DNA of 64,000 nucleotides from Octopus vulgaris (lineage: Eukaryota). Shown here piece after piece: positions 35,827 through 49,525 of the stretch (positions within the stretch are counted from its first letter, which is position 1; each line of letters begins with the position of its first letter). A program made the translations under genes and the position numbers. The notes under the pieces were generated by a model. It made no database searches. It saw only the letters and a program-made list of their open reading frames with translations, and was not told the origin of the DNA. The stretch covers positions 38,316,001 through 38,380,000 of the forward strand of contig OX597818.1 of the NCBI GenBank assembly GCA_951406725.2, written 5' to 3'.

Positions 35827-36216
35827 GCAGGAGTGGCTGTGTGGTTAGTAGCTTGCTTACCAACCACATGGTTTCGGGTTCAGTCCCACTGCGTGGCACC
35901 TTGGGCAAGCGTCTTCTACTATAGCCTCGGGCCGACGAAAGCCTTGTGAGTGGATTTGGTAGGCGGAAACTGAAAGAAGCCCGTCGTATATATGTATATA
36001 TATATATGTATGTTTGTGTGTCTGTGTTTGTCCCCCTAGTATTGCTTGACAACCGATGCTGGTGTGATTATGTCCCCGTCATTTAGTGGTTCGGCAAAAA
36101 GAGACTGATAGAATAAGTACTGGGCTTACAAAGAATAAGTCTTGGGGTCGAGTTGCTCGATTAAAGGCGGTGCTCCAGCATGGCCGCAGTCAAATGACTG
36201 AAACAAGTAAAAGAGT
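35827..36216 (+). mobile_element. tRNA-derived SINE, family B
   Basis: Near full-length copy of the 16280-16670 family. Confidence 0.85.
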
Positions 36217-37443
36217 AATGATATATATTTCATAAAATTTATCTTGTCAAATTAACTGCTTTCAGTTTGACATTTATACAGAGATAGTCGAAAGTAATGA
36301 TGTCTCCATGACAATATTTGGTAAGGTAAGGAATTTTGTAGCAGTCACCTGGAAGTGATAATGGTGAGAGGTGGTGGTGATGTGTTTAGTTGCTAAGGAG
36401 ACTTAAGCATTTAGAACAATATAAGTGAAAGGAAAGACATAGACGAATCTGTTTGCTTCACTTATATTTAGCACAGCTTCTATTTCCCATCTCCCTTGAA
36501 GTCAGTTTGGCAAATTATATACATTGCTGACAATTACCGGTTATGGATAGTTAAGCAGAAAATGGAAATATTCTGTGGGGAAAGAAAAGCTGTAAAATAT
36601 ATTATTCTTCATAACGCACTAATCTCTCTCTATCTTTTCTTTTTTTTTTTTTCTTGACTGTCCAACCCTTACCTGTATGGAATAAAAAATTGTGATGATA
36701 TTGATTATTTTACCTGTATGTGAAATAACTTAACTCTCTGTTTTTCTTTTTTTGTTCAACAAATATTCAGCTACAAAATTTGTAGACTTCATTTCATTTC
36801 TACTTTTTAACATTGTATAATATTAATGACAACATACTCCAGTCTGATGCATTATATTGTCAGCACTAGCTGAATGCTGTCATACTTTGACTGATGCTGC
36901 ATGTAATATAGTACATTGCTCCACCTAAAGGGTAGCAACATGTGGAATAAGACACTATAATTAAAAAACAAAACCATAGACTGACTTTACATGACAAATT
37001 ATTGTATGGCCTATATCACTGTATCAAACAAACTATCAGATGTTATACACCACTGGTTACAATGCACTTCTCTGCATTGGTATAGCTATCAAATAATGTC
37101 ATCCCATTGGCTAGGCAAGCAGGCCAACATTCCCCTTGATTGGAATGCCAGTCTGTCACAGGGTTAACCATTTACAGCTGAGTGGACTGAAGCATCATGA
37201 AATGAAGTGTCTTGCTTAAGAACACAACATGCTGCTGGTCTGGGAATCAAAACCATGATCACATAACCTATAAAGACAAACAAATATTTATGACTGACTT
37301 AACTCTATTAAGAATCTTATATTATTGTAACCTTACTGAGAGACAGCCATCATCTTACCATTTGAAAAATTTTGTGGTGGGGGTAGTTTTTTTTAATCTT
37401 TTGTTGCCTTGTATAAAACTAGTTTTTATTTGATTATTTACAG

Positions 37444-37548
37444 TATACTTTTCTTGGCCCAGTCTTACTGGACCCAGCTGGATTCTCCTTGGTCACATCA
37501 CTAATATTAAACCAAGTGCCATCTTTAAAGTATCTAAATTAAAATCAA
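37444..37548 (+). CDS. HIKESHI: HIKESHI exon 3
   Basis: ttacag acceptor and gtaagt donor, 105 nt, phase 1/1. Encodes [35 protein letters not shown] (conserved W-LLG--TN-KPSAIFK). Confidence 0.95.
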
Positions 37549-37909
37549 GTAAGTTTCCTTTTGTTAGTGGTCTATATTATTTTTCTGTTTTTTCAGTGTT
37601 TTATATTTAGTATGTAAGAATAGTGATGGATAATTGCCTCTTTTAACCATGAAAATTGGAACCTGTGTCAAAAATGTTGAAAGTGAACTATATTCAGCAT
37701 GAGAAATTACTACCAGTATCCAAGTTTTGAACTGTTTAGTTAAAAAAAAATAATTTAAAAAATCTGTGAGTGAAACTATAACGATCCATATTTTCTTTAT
37801 CTGTTCAAAACATGCTTGTTATAGCATCTTAAGTTTATTATTGTTTTTGACAAGACTTTACTTCTCAACATACTTTTTGATCTAAATTTCTTTCCTTATT
37901 TTATTTCAG

Positions 37910-38223
37910 CGGAAGCATCTCTAAATCCATTTGGAGTTATGGCGAGTCAACCAGTAAATGTATCACAAATTGGAATATCTGTTGAACCACTTCAAGACTT
38001 ATCTCAGCAGACACCTGCAACATCTGCAGCAGTGTCAAACCTTGAACCATTTATGGATTTCTCAAAGAAAATGGTTGAAAATCTGTTCAATTTTGCTTCG
38101 TCATTTGCTTCTAAAACTCCTATGAATCCATCCGAATCATATATTCCATTTAGTACTCTTGAAAAGTGGTACAATAACTTTCTTCGAAAGATGGAGCAAG
38201 ATCCCTATTTCTGGCGATCGTAG
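37910..38223 (+). CDS. HIKESHI: HIKESHI exon 4 (last coding exon)
   Basis: tttcag acceptor. Encodes ..QIGISVEP..KMVENLFNFASSF..YIPFSTLEKWYNNFLRKMEQDPYFWRS*. Total CDS 579 nt, 192 aa. Confidence 0.95.
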
Positions 38224-39325
38224 TATTGTATCTCCTAGCAATTATAAATTAATTTAACTTTTTATATTATTGCTACTGAGTTCATTTTATTATCTCTTCC
38301 CCACCCCCATTATGGCTGCAAAATGTTTTGACAAGAATAATGCAAGAAAATTCAAGCTTCCTTAAATTTAATTTTAATCTGTTGAGCTTTAAAGCTTAAT
38401 ACATTTGAAAGGTCATTAGTAAATAAGTTACTAAAACAAGGAAACAAATAAAAATAGGTGTTTATTCAGTTGCAAGCTTTGCTTTTGTATGGGACATCAT
38501 TTTCTTACATGTTTATTTTTTTCTAAAGACCAGTCTACTCTTAACAGACTTAACTACCATTTCATCTATTTCTTTAATGACACCAGTTTCACACAAATTA
38601 GTCATTTTTTTGTTTTTTTTGTTTTTTACTCATGTCACATTACTTTCTTAAGAATAACTTAAAGTCTATAAATGTCTCACCCAATACTTTTTCTGTTAAG
38701 AAAATCCAATTGTGATTGAAATCAATAGTACACATTAATACTGGGAGATAAATTTTTGTATGACTTTTGACATACTGCATTTTAAAAGGCTCCTTGAAAC
38801 TATATTTTATAAAGTTTGATCCTATTCATCTAATAAACAGAAATTTTTACACCATGTTAATTGGGAGACTTAAATGTACTTTTTGTTTTAAAAATTTTTT
38901 TAAATATGTTGTTGATTTGGTTTCTTGTTATCAGGTGTCAACTACTAATGCTGACCTTTCTGGGCATTTGAAAGCATGCATTTTTAATGTGCTTTTACTG
39001 CTGACTCCTGTGCAGCTACTATATATGAAATCTTCCTCTTTCAGCCTGTCTGTGACCTCACTGCATCTTTTGTGCCCATAGTTCATCATCATCATCCTCA
39101 TCATTTAATGTCTGTTTTTGACATTGGATATTTGATATAGAGTTCCTACCTACTCCTTTTCTGCATATTATGCTAGGCTTCTTTCCAGACAGTTGTAGAG
39201 TTCTGTTTTCTCACCTACTAACTAAAGCTTTTATCCTGAACATGTTTACTTTTAAGTCTCTTGATTCTAGGCACAGCCTCCACATTCAGAATTTTTCCTC
39301 TAATTCTTCAACTGCTTCTGCTATT

Positions 39326-39712
39326 GTTGGAAGCACTCCGTCGGTTACGACGACGAGGGTTCCTGTTGATCCAAATCAACGGAACAGCTTGCTCGTGAAA
39401 TTAACGTGTAAGTGGCTGAGCACTCCACAGACACGTGTACCCTTAACGTAGTTCTCGGAGATATTCAGCGTGACACAGAGAGTGACAAGGCCGGCCCTTT
39501 GAAATACAGGTACAACAGAAACAGGAAGTAAGAGTGAGAGAAAGTTGTGGTGAAAGAGTACAGCAGGGATCACCACCATCCCCTGCCAGAGCCTCGTGGA
39601 GCTTTAGGTGTTTTCGCTCAATAAACACTCGCAACGCCCGGTCTGGGAATCGAAACCACGATCCTATGACCGCGAGTCCGCTGCCCTAACCACTGGGCCA
39701 TTGCGCCTCCAC
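39326..39712 (-). mobile_element. Young tRNA-derived SINE, family C, with 12-bp TSD
   Basis: Minus-strand head GTGGAGGCGCAATGGCCCAGTGGTTAGG...GGTTTCGATTCCC. TSD GCTTCTGCTATT at 39314-39325 and 39713-39724. Older relatives at about 21640-21780, 24315-24630 and 54870-55155. Confidence 0.88.
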
Positions 39713-40118
39713 GCTTCTGCTATTAAAAACTAAGTTGTTAGCATACAGCAATTCCAATGCCTATCTTGAACTTCTCATTTGTAGTCCGGTGGATTATAAT
39801 AAACAAGCAGACTGCAAGCCAAGCATTGATGGACGTCTGCCTTTATGCTAATTTCATTACTGAACTTGTTGCCTACTCTCCTTCTGTTGACAGCAACCCT
39901 GTACAGGGTTTTCACAACTCTCATAAGCCATTTTTTTGCATCCTGTTTTCGTAGTGGCCACCAAATTGTAGTTGTCTCTCACAGAAAAAAGGTATCAGTA
40001 GTTTGCTGTACTGGTACAAACCTGAACTGCATCACATTTAAGCTAATTCTTCTCAATTAATTGTGCTATGTTGAATTGTTCCTCAATTCAAAACCTCTTC
40101 GTTACATTTAGCTTTGTA

Positions 40119-41507
40119 TCAGGTCGTTAAGAATGAAATGTCCAATTTTCTTAAGCACCAAGTTTGACAGTTGTTAACTCTAATGACAATTCTTTATTTT
40201 ACAACATTGAAGAGTTACATCGTCACTTTTTGAAATGCAATTCATGGTGTCTGATTATATTGTGAGTTTTCTCTTGTAAATCAATTTTTGTGAATCCGGG
40301 TGGCACGTAAAAAGCACCCACTACACTCACGGAGTGGTTGGCGTTAGGAAGGGCATCCAGCCGTAGAAACACTGCCAGATCTGACTAGGCCTGATGAAGC
40401 CTTCCGGCTTCACAGACCCCAGTTGAACCGTCCAACCCATGCTAGCATGGAAAACGGACGCTAAACGATGATGATGATGGATAGATCAAAAATTCGTGTT
40501 GTTTATGAATATGAGTTCCATCATGGAGCCAATGCATCTCAGACAGCTCAAAACATGTGGCAAATGAGCACACTGTACATTTGAGAAGTTCCGGTCTGGT
40601 GACTCTACTCTTAAAAATCAGTCCTGTGGTAGCCGAGACCAAGATGGATAATGATGAGCTGGAAACTGTAGCAGATACATCTCAAGCTGAGTTAGCAGCA
40701 AGGTTTGATGTTTTGAATCCAACTGTATTGGACCGTCTGAAACAAATTGGCAAGGTAAAGAAGCTGGACAAGAGGATACCACATAAACTGAACAAGCATC
40801 AAATGACACATCATCTTGAAACTTGCTGTTCTTCACTTTCATAGCATAAAAGCAGACCATTTTTGCATCATATTGTTATATGTGATGAAACATGGATTCT
40901 TTTCAATAATAGCAAGGATTCTGCATGGTGGTTGGATAGAGACAAAGTGTCAAAACGCAATCCAAAAAAGAATATTCACCAAAAAACTCTAATGGTGTCT
41001 GACTGGTAGTCCAGTGCTGGTGTCATCCACTACAGCTTCATGAGACCTGGTAAGTCAATTACAGCAGATGCATACATCAACCAATTGCATGAAATGATGA
41101 GTGAACTTACAAGTAAACAACTGATGCTGGTCAATAGAGACAGGCCAATGCTCGACCACATGTTGCACAAAGAATGCTACTCAAGTTACAGGAACTAAAT
41201 TTGGAGGTACTCTGTCAGCCACCATATTTACCAGACCTTATACCAACTGACTATCACATTTTCCAGGCATAAGACAACTTTTTTCAAAAAAAACTTCAAA
41301 TCTGAAGATGCTAAAACAGCCTTTCGTGATTTCATCACCTCTTGCTCTCCAGAATTCTTCATTGCTGGCATAAATAAGCCACCGATAAAATGGCAAAATT
41401 GTATTGATAATTTAGGTGCATACTTTGATTAACTACATTACTTTTTGTCGAGATAAATAAAATAAACTTTCGATTCAAATTCAGATATTTCATTCTTAAT
41501 GACCTGG
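40119..41507 (+). mobile_element. Full-span decayed mariner transposon with a nested RTE 3' end (about 40295-40478)
   Basis: TA-flanked TIRs TCAGGTCGTTAAGAATGAAAT / ATTTCATTCTTAATGACCTGG. Broken transposase with RIPHKL, IVICDETWI and PPYLPDLIPTDYHIF motifs. Confidence 0.88.
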
Positions 41508-41877
41508 TATGTGTAGAAATCTATATCTCTTAAATCCTTGACAGAGAAAAAAAAGTTATGCTAGTTAATATTAGCTCTTTTAAGCGGAAGTAAAACAAAG
41601 TTTTAAGTTAAACAATAAAATACTCTGTTTACAAATTTACTGTAATGGAACTGTGTAAGAAAGGACATCAATTATATAAGACATATTTCATGAGTAAATT
41701 AACATATTTAATAAGTTGTAAATTTAGATATTTATATAAAGTATCTACAGAAATTATCAAAAATTTACAATGAATGTAGATGTACATCTCAGTCACATGA
41801 GTTATGAATGATGTTAGGCCATCAAACTTTAATGGGATAAGACATACAGAAAGAAAAGTTTTCAAATTTTTGTTTGC

Positions 41878-41963
41878 CTAATAACGTCTCATTTGTTTCT
41901 TAAATCTTTCATAATGGAAGTCATCAGTTGCCTTTTCCTCAGGTTCGACTGCAACTCTTCTAG
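41878..41963 (-). CDS. C9orf78: C9orf78 (Tls1 homolog, spliceosome-associated) exon 9, last coding exon
   Basis: ttacag acceptor. Encodes RRVAVEPEEKATDDFHYERFKKQMRRY*, matching the conserved EKATDD-HYE-FKK..RRY C-terminus. Confidence 0.95.
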
Positions 41964-44668
41964 CTGTAAAATAGAATACAAGTGAAATGTTTACAATAAA
42001 ATTAGCTTCAATAAGATTTCAGACAATCATCATCGTTTAACGTCCATTTTCTGTGCTAGCATGGGTTAGACGGTTCGACCGGGGTCTGGGAAGCCAGGAG
42101 GCTGCACCAAGCTCCAGGCTGATCTGGTAGTGTTTCTACAGCTGGATGACCTTCCTAGCGCCAACCACTCCATGAGTGTAGTGAGTGCTTTTTTACGTGC
42201 CATCAGCACAGGTGCCAGGGGAAGCCGGCAGTGGCCACAATTGGTTGGTGCTTCTTACGTGCCACTGGCACGGAAGCCAGTCAAGGTGGCGCTGGCATCA
42301 GCCACGTTCAGATGGTGCTGACATTGTTTGACAGTTGTGTCATTGTCATACAAGCAGTGTCAGTCATTTCCAATATTCTGCATAATCATGTCTGATCATG
42401 GGCAAATATTATCTTGCATGGAAACAAATGAGTGTTGGTGACAGGGTGGGCATCCAGATGTAGAAAATCTGCTTCAATAAACTCTCTCTAACCCATGCAA
42501 GCATGGAAAAGTAAACATAAAAATTATATTGATGTATGTTTAATCAGAGTCCTAAGCCATCTCTAATCAAACAGGCCTATAATCAAAGGTATTCCAGCCA
42601 TAATCATTCTATCTTTTTTGTCAGACATATCATCATCATCATCATCATCATTTAACGTCTGCTTTCTATGCTAGCATGGGCTGGCGAACCAGATGGCTGC
42701 ACCAGGCTCCAGTCTTGATCTGGCAGAGTTTCTACAGCTGGATGCCCTTCCTAACACCAACCACTCCAAGAGTGTAGTGGTGCTTTTACATGTCACCGGC
42801 ACGGGAGCTAGTCAGGCGGTACTAGCAACGACCTCGCTCGAATTTTTTACACATGCCAATGGCACGGGTACCAGTAAGGCGATGCTGGTAACGATCCCGC
42901 TCGAATGGTGCCTCCTACATGCCACCAGCACGGAAGCCAGTTGGCCGCTCTGGCAAGGATCACGCTCAGATGGTGCTCTTAGCACCCTACTAGCACGGGG
43001 CACAAGTGCCAGTAAAGCGAAGCTGGCAAAGATCATGTCAAAAACTATATTCTTGTGTATCTTCTTTTAAGATTTAGCTGTTATACTTAGCAGGTTAAGC
43101 AACCACACACAAATCCTTTGCAGGCGTTTGTATTAAATTTACTGGAGAGTTGTGTGATAGATACACTGCTTAGAGAAAAGCTAACCATATTCAATTTATC
43201 TCTTTAAATTGCTATGCTTCACACTAAGTTTGAAAATATAACTTTTCACTTTTCTAAGCGACAGAAGAAAACAAAAGACATGAAGAACCAGGTGAATACC
43301 TTCAACTGGAAGTTTATAAAAGTTCCTGATTCCACAAGATTATTATTATTAGTCAATAAAACAGAGCTTAAATTTAGAAAGAGGACTTCAAATCTTCCCT
43401 TCTTATTTTTTCTTTCTTTTGTTCAATGTTTATACAGATTCTCACTCTCCCACCCTTTCTCCACCACATAAACAGAAAATATATTTTATTCATATGAAAA
43501 ATAGGATTAGTTCATTTTTGGTTGAAAGTACACAAGATTCTCTCTTCATGTGCCATGCTTATTGGCATTGATAATCATGTGCTTTCATGCCATCTTGTTC
43601 TACACACAACTTTGCATGTTGCTAAGCTGGTTTTTCTGAAGCCAACTGTTAATGTCATCTATATCTTCTTTCTCTCTCTTCCCCAACCTATTTTTTTTTC
43701 TTTTCATTTTCTCAGTTGTCACAAATGCTTTCTAACCAACAGTCAGAAAAATCATTTGTTCATATACGGTAATTGGTCCTGCAGTGTGTTACTTGCAAAA
43801 ATATGATAAAAAAAACAACATTCTCAATGGTTCAATTGATTTAACTGTAAAACAGACACCACAGTGAGATACAATCCATTGTTGGGAGGCAACATAACCT
43901 CTGTAAATGAGGGTTTCATTAGTTCACAGAGCTGAGCTTAAATTGTTCCATGAACCATCATCATCGTCATCATTTAACATCCACTTTCCATGCTAGCATG
44001 GGTTGGACGATTTAACTGAGGACTGGCGAACCAGATGGCTGCACCAGGCTCCAATCTGATCCGGCAGAGTTTCTACAGCTGGATGCCTTTCCTAACGCCA
44101 ACCACTCCGAGAGTGCAGTGAGTGCTTTTACATGCCACTGGCATGAGGGCCAGACTCAGGCGGTACTGGCAACAGCCACACTCAAATGGTGTTTTTATGT
44201 GCCACCTGCACAGGAGTCAGTCCAGCGGCACTGGCAACGACCTCGCTCAAATGTTTTGTTCATGTGCCACTGGCACAAGTGCCAGTAAGGCGATGCTTAG
44301 TAATGATCACGTTCAAATGGTGCTTTTAATGTGCCACCGGCACGGAAGCCAGACAGCTGCTCTGGCAGTGATCCCACTCGGGTGGAGCTGTTAGCGCTCC
44401 ACTGGCATGGGTGCCAGTCATCGAATTTGGTTCAAAACATATAAATATAAATAATTACAGAAAGTTACTAATGTATATGTCCATTTTATCAATGTTACCT
44501 CACACAAAAATTATCTACCAAAATATCAATATTTGCCATTTTCATATATTTTATTATTTAACTTGCTTCATAATGCTATCACCCATCTAACCAGCTTTAT
44601 TAAAATTTTATTTAGCTCTAACTTACACAGATACCATTGTATGATAAAATAAATGAATTACAACTCAC

Positions 44669-44776
44669 ATTTTTTATCCATTTCACCAATTTTCTCAGCA
44701 TCTCCCACTCTGAGAAGCTTTGGTTTCAGAAGTAAATGCTTGTCTTTTAATCGCGGTCCACTTTCTTCAATTGTAA
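44669..44776 (-). CDS. C9orf78: C9orf78 exon 8
   Basis: ttatag acceptor and gtgagt donor, 108 nt, phase 1/1. Encodes FTIEESGPRLKDKHLLLKPKLLRVGDAEKIGEMDKK (LRVGD-EK motif). Confidence 0.9.
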
Positions 44777-45604
44777 CTATAAATAGAAACAGGAAAAAAA
44801 GCAAAGAATGACAAAATATGGTTTTAAACATTTCAGTGTTTATATATTACCAATACTTTAAGCATTTGATATTACCAATACTTTAAGCAATTTTCATAAA
44901 ATAACAAATGTTTGTGCATAAAATAAACAGAAATTAATAATTCTTCATTCAATGCTGCTAATAATTTTGGTAAAAGACCAATTTCACATTCCATTTTCCT
45001 TTTCCCTATGAATCTGGGGTCTTTTGCCTGCTTAAAAAATATTCATATGACATCATGCAGGTGCAGACATAGTAGTATTATTAAGATTGCTTGCCACCTA
45101 AATGGCTTCAGGTTCAATCTCAGGGCATGGCACCTAAGGCAAGTGTCTTATAGCTCAGGGCCAACCAAAGCCTTGCCAGTGTATTTGATAGATGGGAACT
45201 GAAAGAAGAAGCCCATTGAGCATGTGTGAGTGTGTGTTTGTGTCTTAATGTCTTGATATTGTGTGACAGTAGTAAATGAATGCTGCTGTGATATTCATTC
45301 ATTTCCAAATTTTCTGTGAAAACGTGTCTGGCTGGCCATGGCGCAATATTACCTTGCTTGGAAATAGGTGATGGTGGGTGACAAGAAGGACATCTGGCCA
45401 CTAAAAATCTACCTCATAGAACTCCATTTGATCCATGCAAGCATGGAAAAGTGAACATTAAAACGATGAAGACATACATAAACATTCTTTTACTGTTAAG
45501 CAAGGAAACATGAATATCACAGGTTTTAAAAAGCACAACATAGAGGAGATTTTTGAAAAATATTTAGTTTCTAAACAAAAACAAGTACAGAGCAAATTAA
45601 TTAA

Positions 45605-45824
45605 CCCTTTCGTTACAGTATTTATTTTGAGATGTTCTGTGTTTCTTTCAATTATTTTAAATATAACAAAGAATTTAGTCAAATAACTTGGTTATCATTA
45701 AGCTAGTGTTAGGAACGTAAATTGTGACTGAGGCTTGGTGGAATATTTTAATTCAAAACTTATGAAAACAAGACATTTTACCACAGAGCCAGAGCCGGTT
45801 TTGACTGGGTTAGTAACAAAAGGG
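45605..45824. mobile_element. piggyBac-type MITE
   Basis: TTAA TSD and CCCTTT/AAAGGG termini. Homologous to 19093-19294. Confidence 0.8.
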
Positions 45825-45910
45825 TTAAGGCAGTCACTCATACTTTAGTCATGCTGAAATGAGAATGTAGGAGGAAAAAGATAAACAAAGAAATAACTTT
45901 GGATATTTAC

Positions 45911-46047
45911 AGCGATTGTGTTGTACAAAATTCACAGCCATATTTGTAGGAACAAATTCAGAGACTTCACTGTCTTTCTTCTTCATCATTTCTTGAACAA
46001 GCTTCTGTTTGGCATCTTCTGTATGTTCAATGTTTCTGATTTTAGCA
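45911..46047 (-). CDS. C9orf78: C9orf78 exon 7
   Basis: 137 nt, phase 2/1. Encodes AKIRNIEHTEDAKQKL...FVPTNMAVNFVQHNR, a highly conserved block. Confidence 0.95.
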
Positions 46048-47967
46048 CTGTAAAAAATAATACAAGTGAAATACTGGTTTCAAATTTTGGCATCACACCA
46101 GCAAGTCTGAGGGAGGGAGTAAGTTAATTACATTGACCCCATTGCTTAGATAGTACTAATTTTATTGACCCCAAAAGGATGCAAAGTAAAGTCAACCTCA
46201 GTGGGATTTGAACTCAAAACATGAAGATGGATGAAACGCTGCTAAGCATTTTGCTTGGCATGCTAACAATTCTGCCAGCTCGCTGCTTTATGCAAGTGAA
46301 TTCATCATCATCGTCATTGTTTAACATCCGCTTTCCATGCTAGCATGGATTGGACGATTTGACTGAGGACTGGCAAACCAGATTGCTGCACCAGACTCCA
46401 ATCTGGTCTGGCAGAGTTTCTACAGCTGGATGCCCTTCCTAACGCAAACCACACCAAGAGTGTAGTGGGTGCTTTTATGTGCCACCGGCACGAGGGCCAG
46501 TCAGGCAGTACTGACAACGACCATGCTCAAATGGTGTCTTTTACATGCCACCTGCACAGGAGCCAGTCCAGCAGCACTAGCAACGACCTCGCTCGAATGT
46601 TTTTCATGTGCCAGTAAGTCAATGCTGGTAACGATCATGTTTGAATGGTGCTTTTTACGTGCCACCAGCACAGAAACCTGGCAGCGATCATGCTTGGATA
46701 GTGCTCTTAGCACTCCACTGGCACAGGTGCCAGTCATCGAACTTGTGAATTTGGCTTGATTTCGATTTCACTTGCCTCAACAGGTCTTTGCAAGCAGAGT
46801 TTAGTGTCCAATGAAGGAAAGGTATGCATAAGTGGGCTGGTTACACCCATGATGTAGGCCACCGATTATGGTCTCACTTGGCTAGCCGGGTCTTCTCAAG
46901 CACTGCATATTTCCAAAATATTAACAAAAGAGATAGTTATGTTTAAAAGGTGCAGAAATAGAACTGATTTTGTTATCTACGGATTTAATTTAGTGTGTCT
47001 TTCTTTCTTTTTATTACTTAATCAAGAAGTAAGTACTGTCTTGAGTCTGAGGACTCACAAGGGCCACTTTCCATGGCATGCAAGTGACTCGAGTCACAAA
47101 ATTTCCCCAGAACAGGATGCCAGTCCATCACATGGTTATCCTTTACAGCTGAGTGGACTGGAGCAATGTGAAATGAAGTGTTTTGCTCAAGAACACAATG
47201 CACCACCCAGTACAGGAATTGAAACCATGATCTTGAAATCGTGAGTACAACATGTAAACAACTAGGCCATGCACCTTCACTTAGTCAAGAAGTGCCAATG
47301 TCCTTTTTTTCAGAGCCTCTAAGACTGGCAAGAGGGAGAAAAGTTATCTCTAAACTAGAAACATAGCATGACTGCTAGCTACAGAATGGACTCCATTAAA
47401 GGCACCCAAGAGCCAGGTCAGATATGAGGGTATATGCATGTCTGAGTCAGTGTGAATGTTTACACTCTGCACTGAGCTGAACTAGGGTTGCTGTTATCTG
47501 TTGATATTTCCAGGTCAACAAATTGTCCAGTGGTTCTGTTCTTTTGAAGATGAGTGGAACAAAAAAAAATCTCTTACTAAAAAAACAGTAAAGAAATAGT
47601 GACAGAAAGGCCATCCAGGTAAAAACAATGCCTTGATAATATGTTTTCATTTAACCTATGTTGCAATGGAAAGAAAAACATGCATAAAATGAGCAAAGGA
47701 TCTCAGATATTCACAATAAATATACTAGAACCATAATTACAAAGAATAACTTGATAGGTATTTCAAGGAAGGCAGTTAAATTTTCATTACAATATATATA
47801 TATATATAACAACTAATGTAGGATAAAATTTTTTCGAGAAAAAAATTTTATCAATTTTCGGGGTTAATTCATAAGAATTTTCCCCTCTTCAGCGATAAAT
47901 ACGTGAGACATAAATGAAATACTTACTCATACCCATGGAAAAAGCAAGCACTAAGACCTAAGTACCC

Positions 47968-48022
<55 letters not shown>

Positions 48023-48052
48023 ATATATAAAGAATTTAAATTTGCCACATAC

Positions 48053-48184
48053 TCAATTCCAAGGTCAATTTCTGGAATCCCAGACAGCATCTGATTTGAC
48101 AACATGTCTTCACTTTTCTTTGTAGATGATTCAACTTTTAGGTTTTCAGGAAGTTGGTAAAGTGCATCTTCGGCATGAGCTTGT
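48053..48184 (-). CDS. C9orf78: C9orf78 exon 6
   Basis: 132 nt, phase 2/2. Encodes AEDALYQLPENLKV...KKSEDMLSNQMLSGIPEIDLGI, a conserved block. Confidence 0.95.
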
Positions 48185-49037
48185 CTGTTCACAAAAAAAA
48201 AATTTTTAATTTAAGATTAAATTGAAAGAAAAATGACAACTAGAAATTGTAAAAATTTTATAAACCCACTAAAATAAATTGTGATAAATAATTCTAAAAT
48301 TATCGCAATTCTTAAAATGAGCTTAGGTAAATATCTACTCACTTAAGCCCTTTGCTCAAAATGGTTTTTTAGGCCATCAGTGAGTTTTTCCTGCTGTTCT
48401 TAGACTCTGAGTTGTACCGTCCTTCCCATTTTATACATTGTCTTTATGTTCTTGAGGAAAAGCTTCCCTCTCTCTGATTATGCTGGTTTTGAATTGTCAT
48501 TGATGCTTTTGTAACTTTGTTTTCTCTTAAGTAGAGGTGTAAGCCCTACACAAACCCCATTTTGACCTTTGGGAAGATGGGGTCCATATTAGTCTGGCCT
48601 CTGTTATTTGACCTGTCCAACACAGGAGCCCTTCTGGGAGATTGCACTCTTCTGGTATAGCTCTCAGTGATCTGAACACCACAAAAAGGACAAGACTTTG
48701 TGTTGGAAGTCAATCTCTGGCTTACTTGATGCAGTTCATGAAATTTTTATTACATATATTATAATTAGAATGATAAGCAACAAACAACTTTTCAAATATT
48801 TTCATGTTTAGAACAACAGGAGCAAACGTGGCTGTATGGCAAGAAGTTTGCTTCTCCACCAGTGCTGGATTAACCATTAAGCAAAATAAGCACATGCTTA
48901 GGGCATCAAGGGAAGGGCGACTCCACAGAAATGGTAAATGGCTTACAGTACAAAAGAAATCACATTAAACTTGCTAAAATAATATTCAAAGTGTTTTATG
49001 TGATCAGAAATATAATTTCGAAATGTTCATGGTGTCA

Positions 49038-49217
49038 TAGGGAGGAGGAGGGGAGGGGGGGAAGAATAATAAAGCAGAAGAGGAGGAGGAGGAAGAAGAG
49101 GAGAAAGAGGAGGAGGAGAGGAAGAAGAGGAGGAGGAGAGAAAGAAGAGAAGGGGAGGAGGAGAGAGAGAGGTAGAAGAGGAGGAGATTGAAGAGGAGGA
49201 GGGGGGAGGAAGAGGAG
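49038..49217. repeat. Purine-rich (GAG/GAA) low-complexity tract next to a short RTE 3' end
   Basis: About 180 bp of almost pure purines on the plus strand, intronic. Confidence 0.8.
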
Positions 49218-49459
49218 CTGTCATCTTCATCATCGTTTAACTTCCGTTTTCCATGCTGGCATGAGTTGGACGGTTTGACTGGGGTCTGAGAAGCCAGGAG
49301 GCTGCACCAGGCCAAACGTTATTTTCCACCTTACTATTAGTTTTGCTTCATTCTGAAAAGTAAAACTATTCTATAATTTAGTATTGTTATCAAGTTGGTG
49401 CCCCAGCATGGTCACAGTCTAATGACTGGAACAAGTGAAAAAAAACCCAAAAAACTTAC

Positions 49460-49525
49460 TTCTCTTGGCTTTTTTCTGTAACATGCCCTTTCTTCTTGGC
49501 CAATTCTTCCTCTACATATTTCAAC
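49460..49525 (-). CDS. C9orf78: C9orf78 exon 5
   Basis: 66 nt, phase 2/2, gtaagt donor. Encodes MLKYVEEELAKKKGHVTEKSQE. Confidence 0.92.

Noticed and set aside
39640-39712. tRNA-like sequence on the minus strand (similar heads near 10163, 16280, 31923)
   Set aside because: A and B boxes are present but run into SINE bodies, some with TSDs, and no complete cloverleaf is seen. These are SINE heads, not tRNA genes.
48931-49315. Arg/Lys-rich and Ser/Pro-rich ORFs (protamine-like appearance)
   Set aside because: Translations of an intronic purine-rich simple repeat, with no splice or family support.
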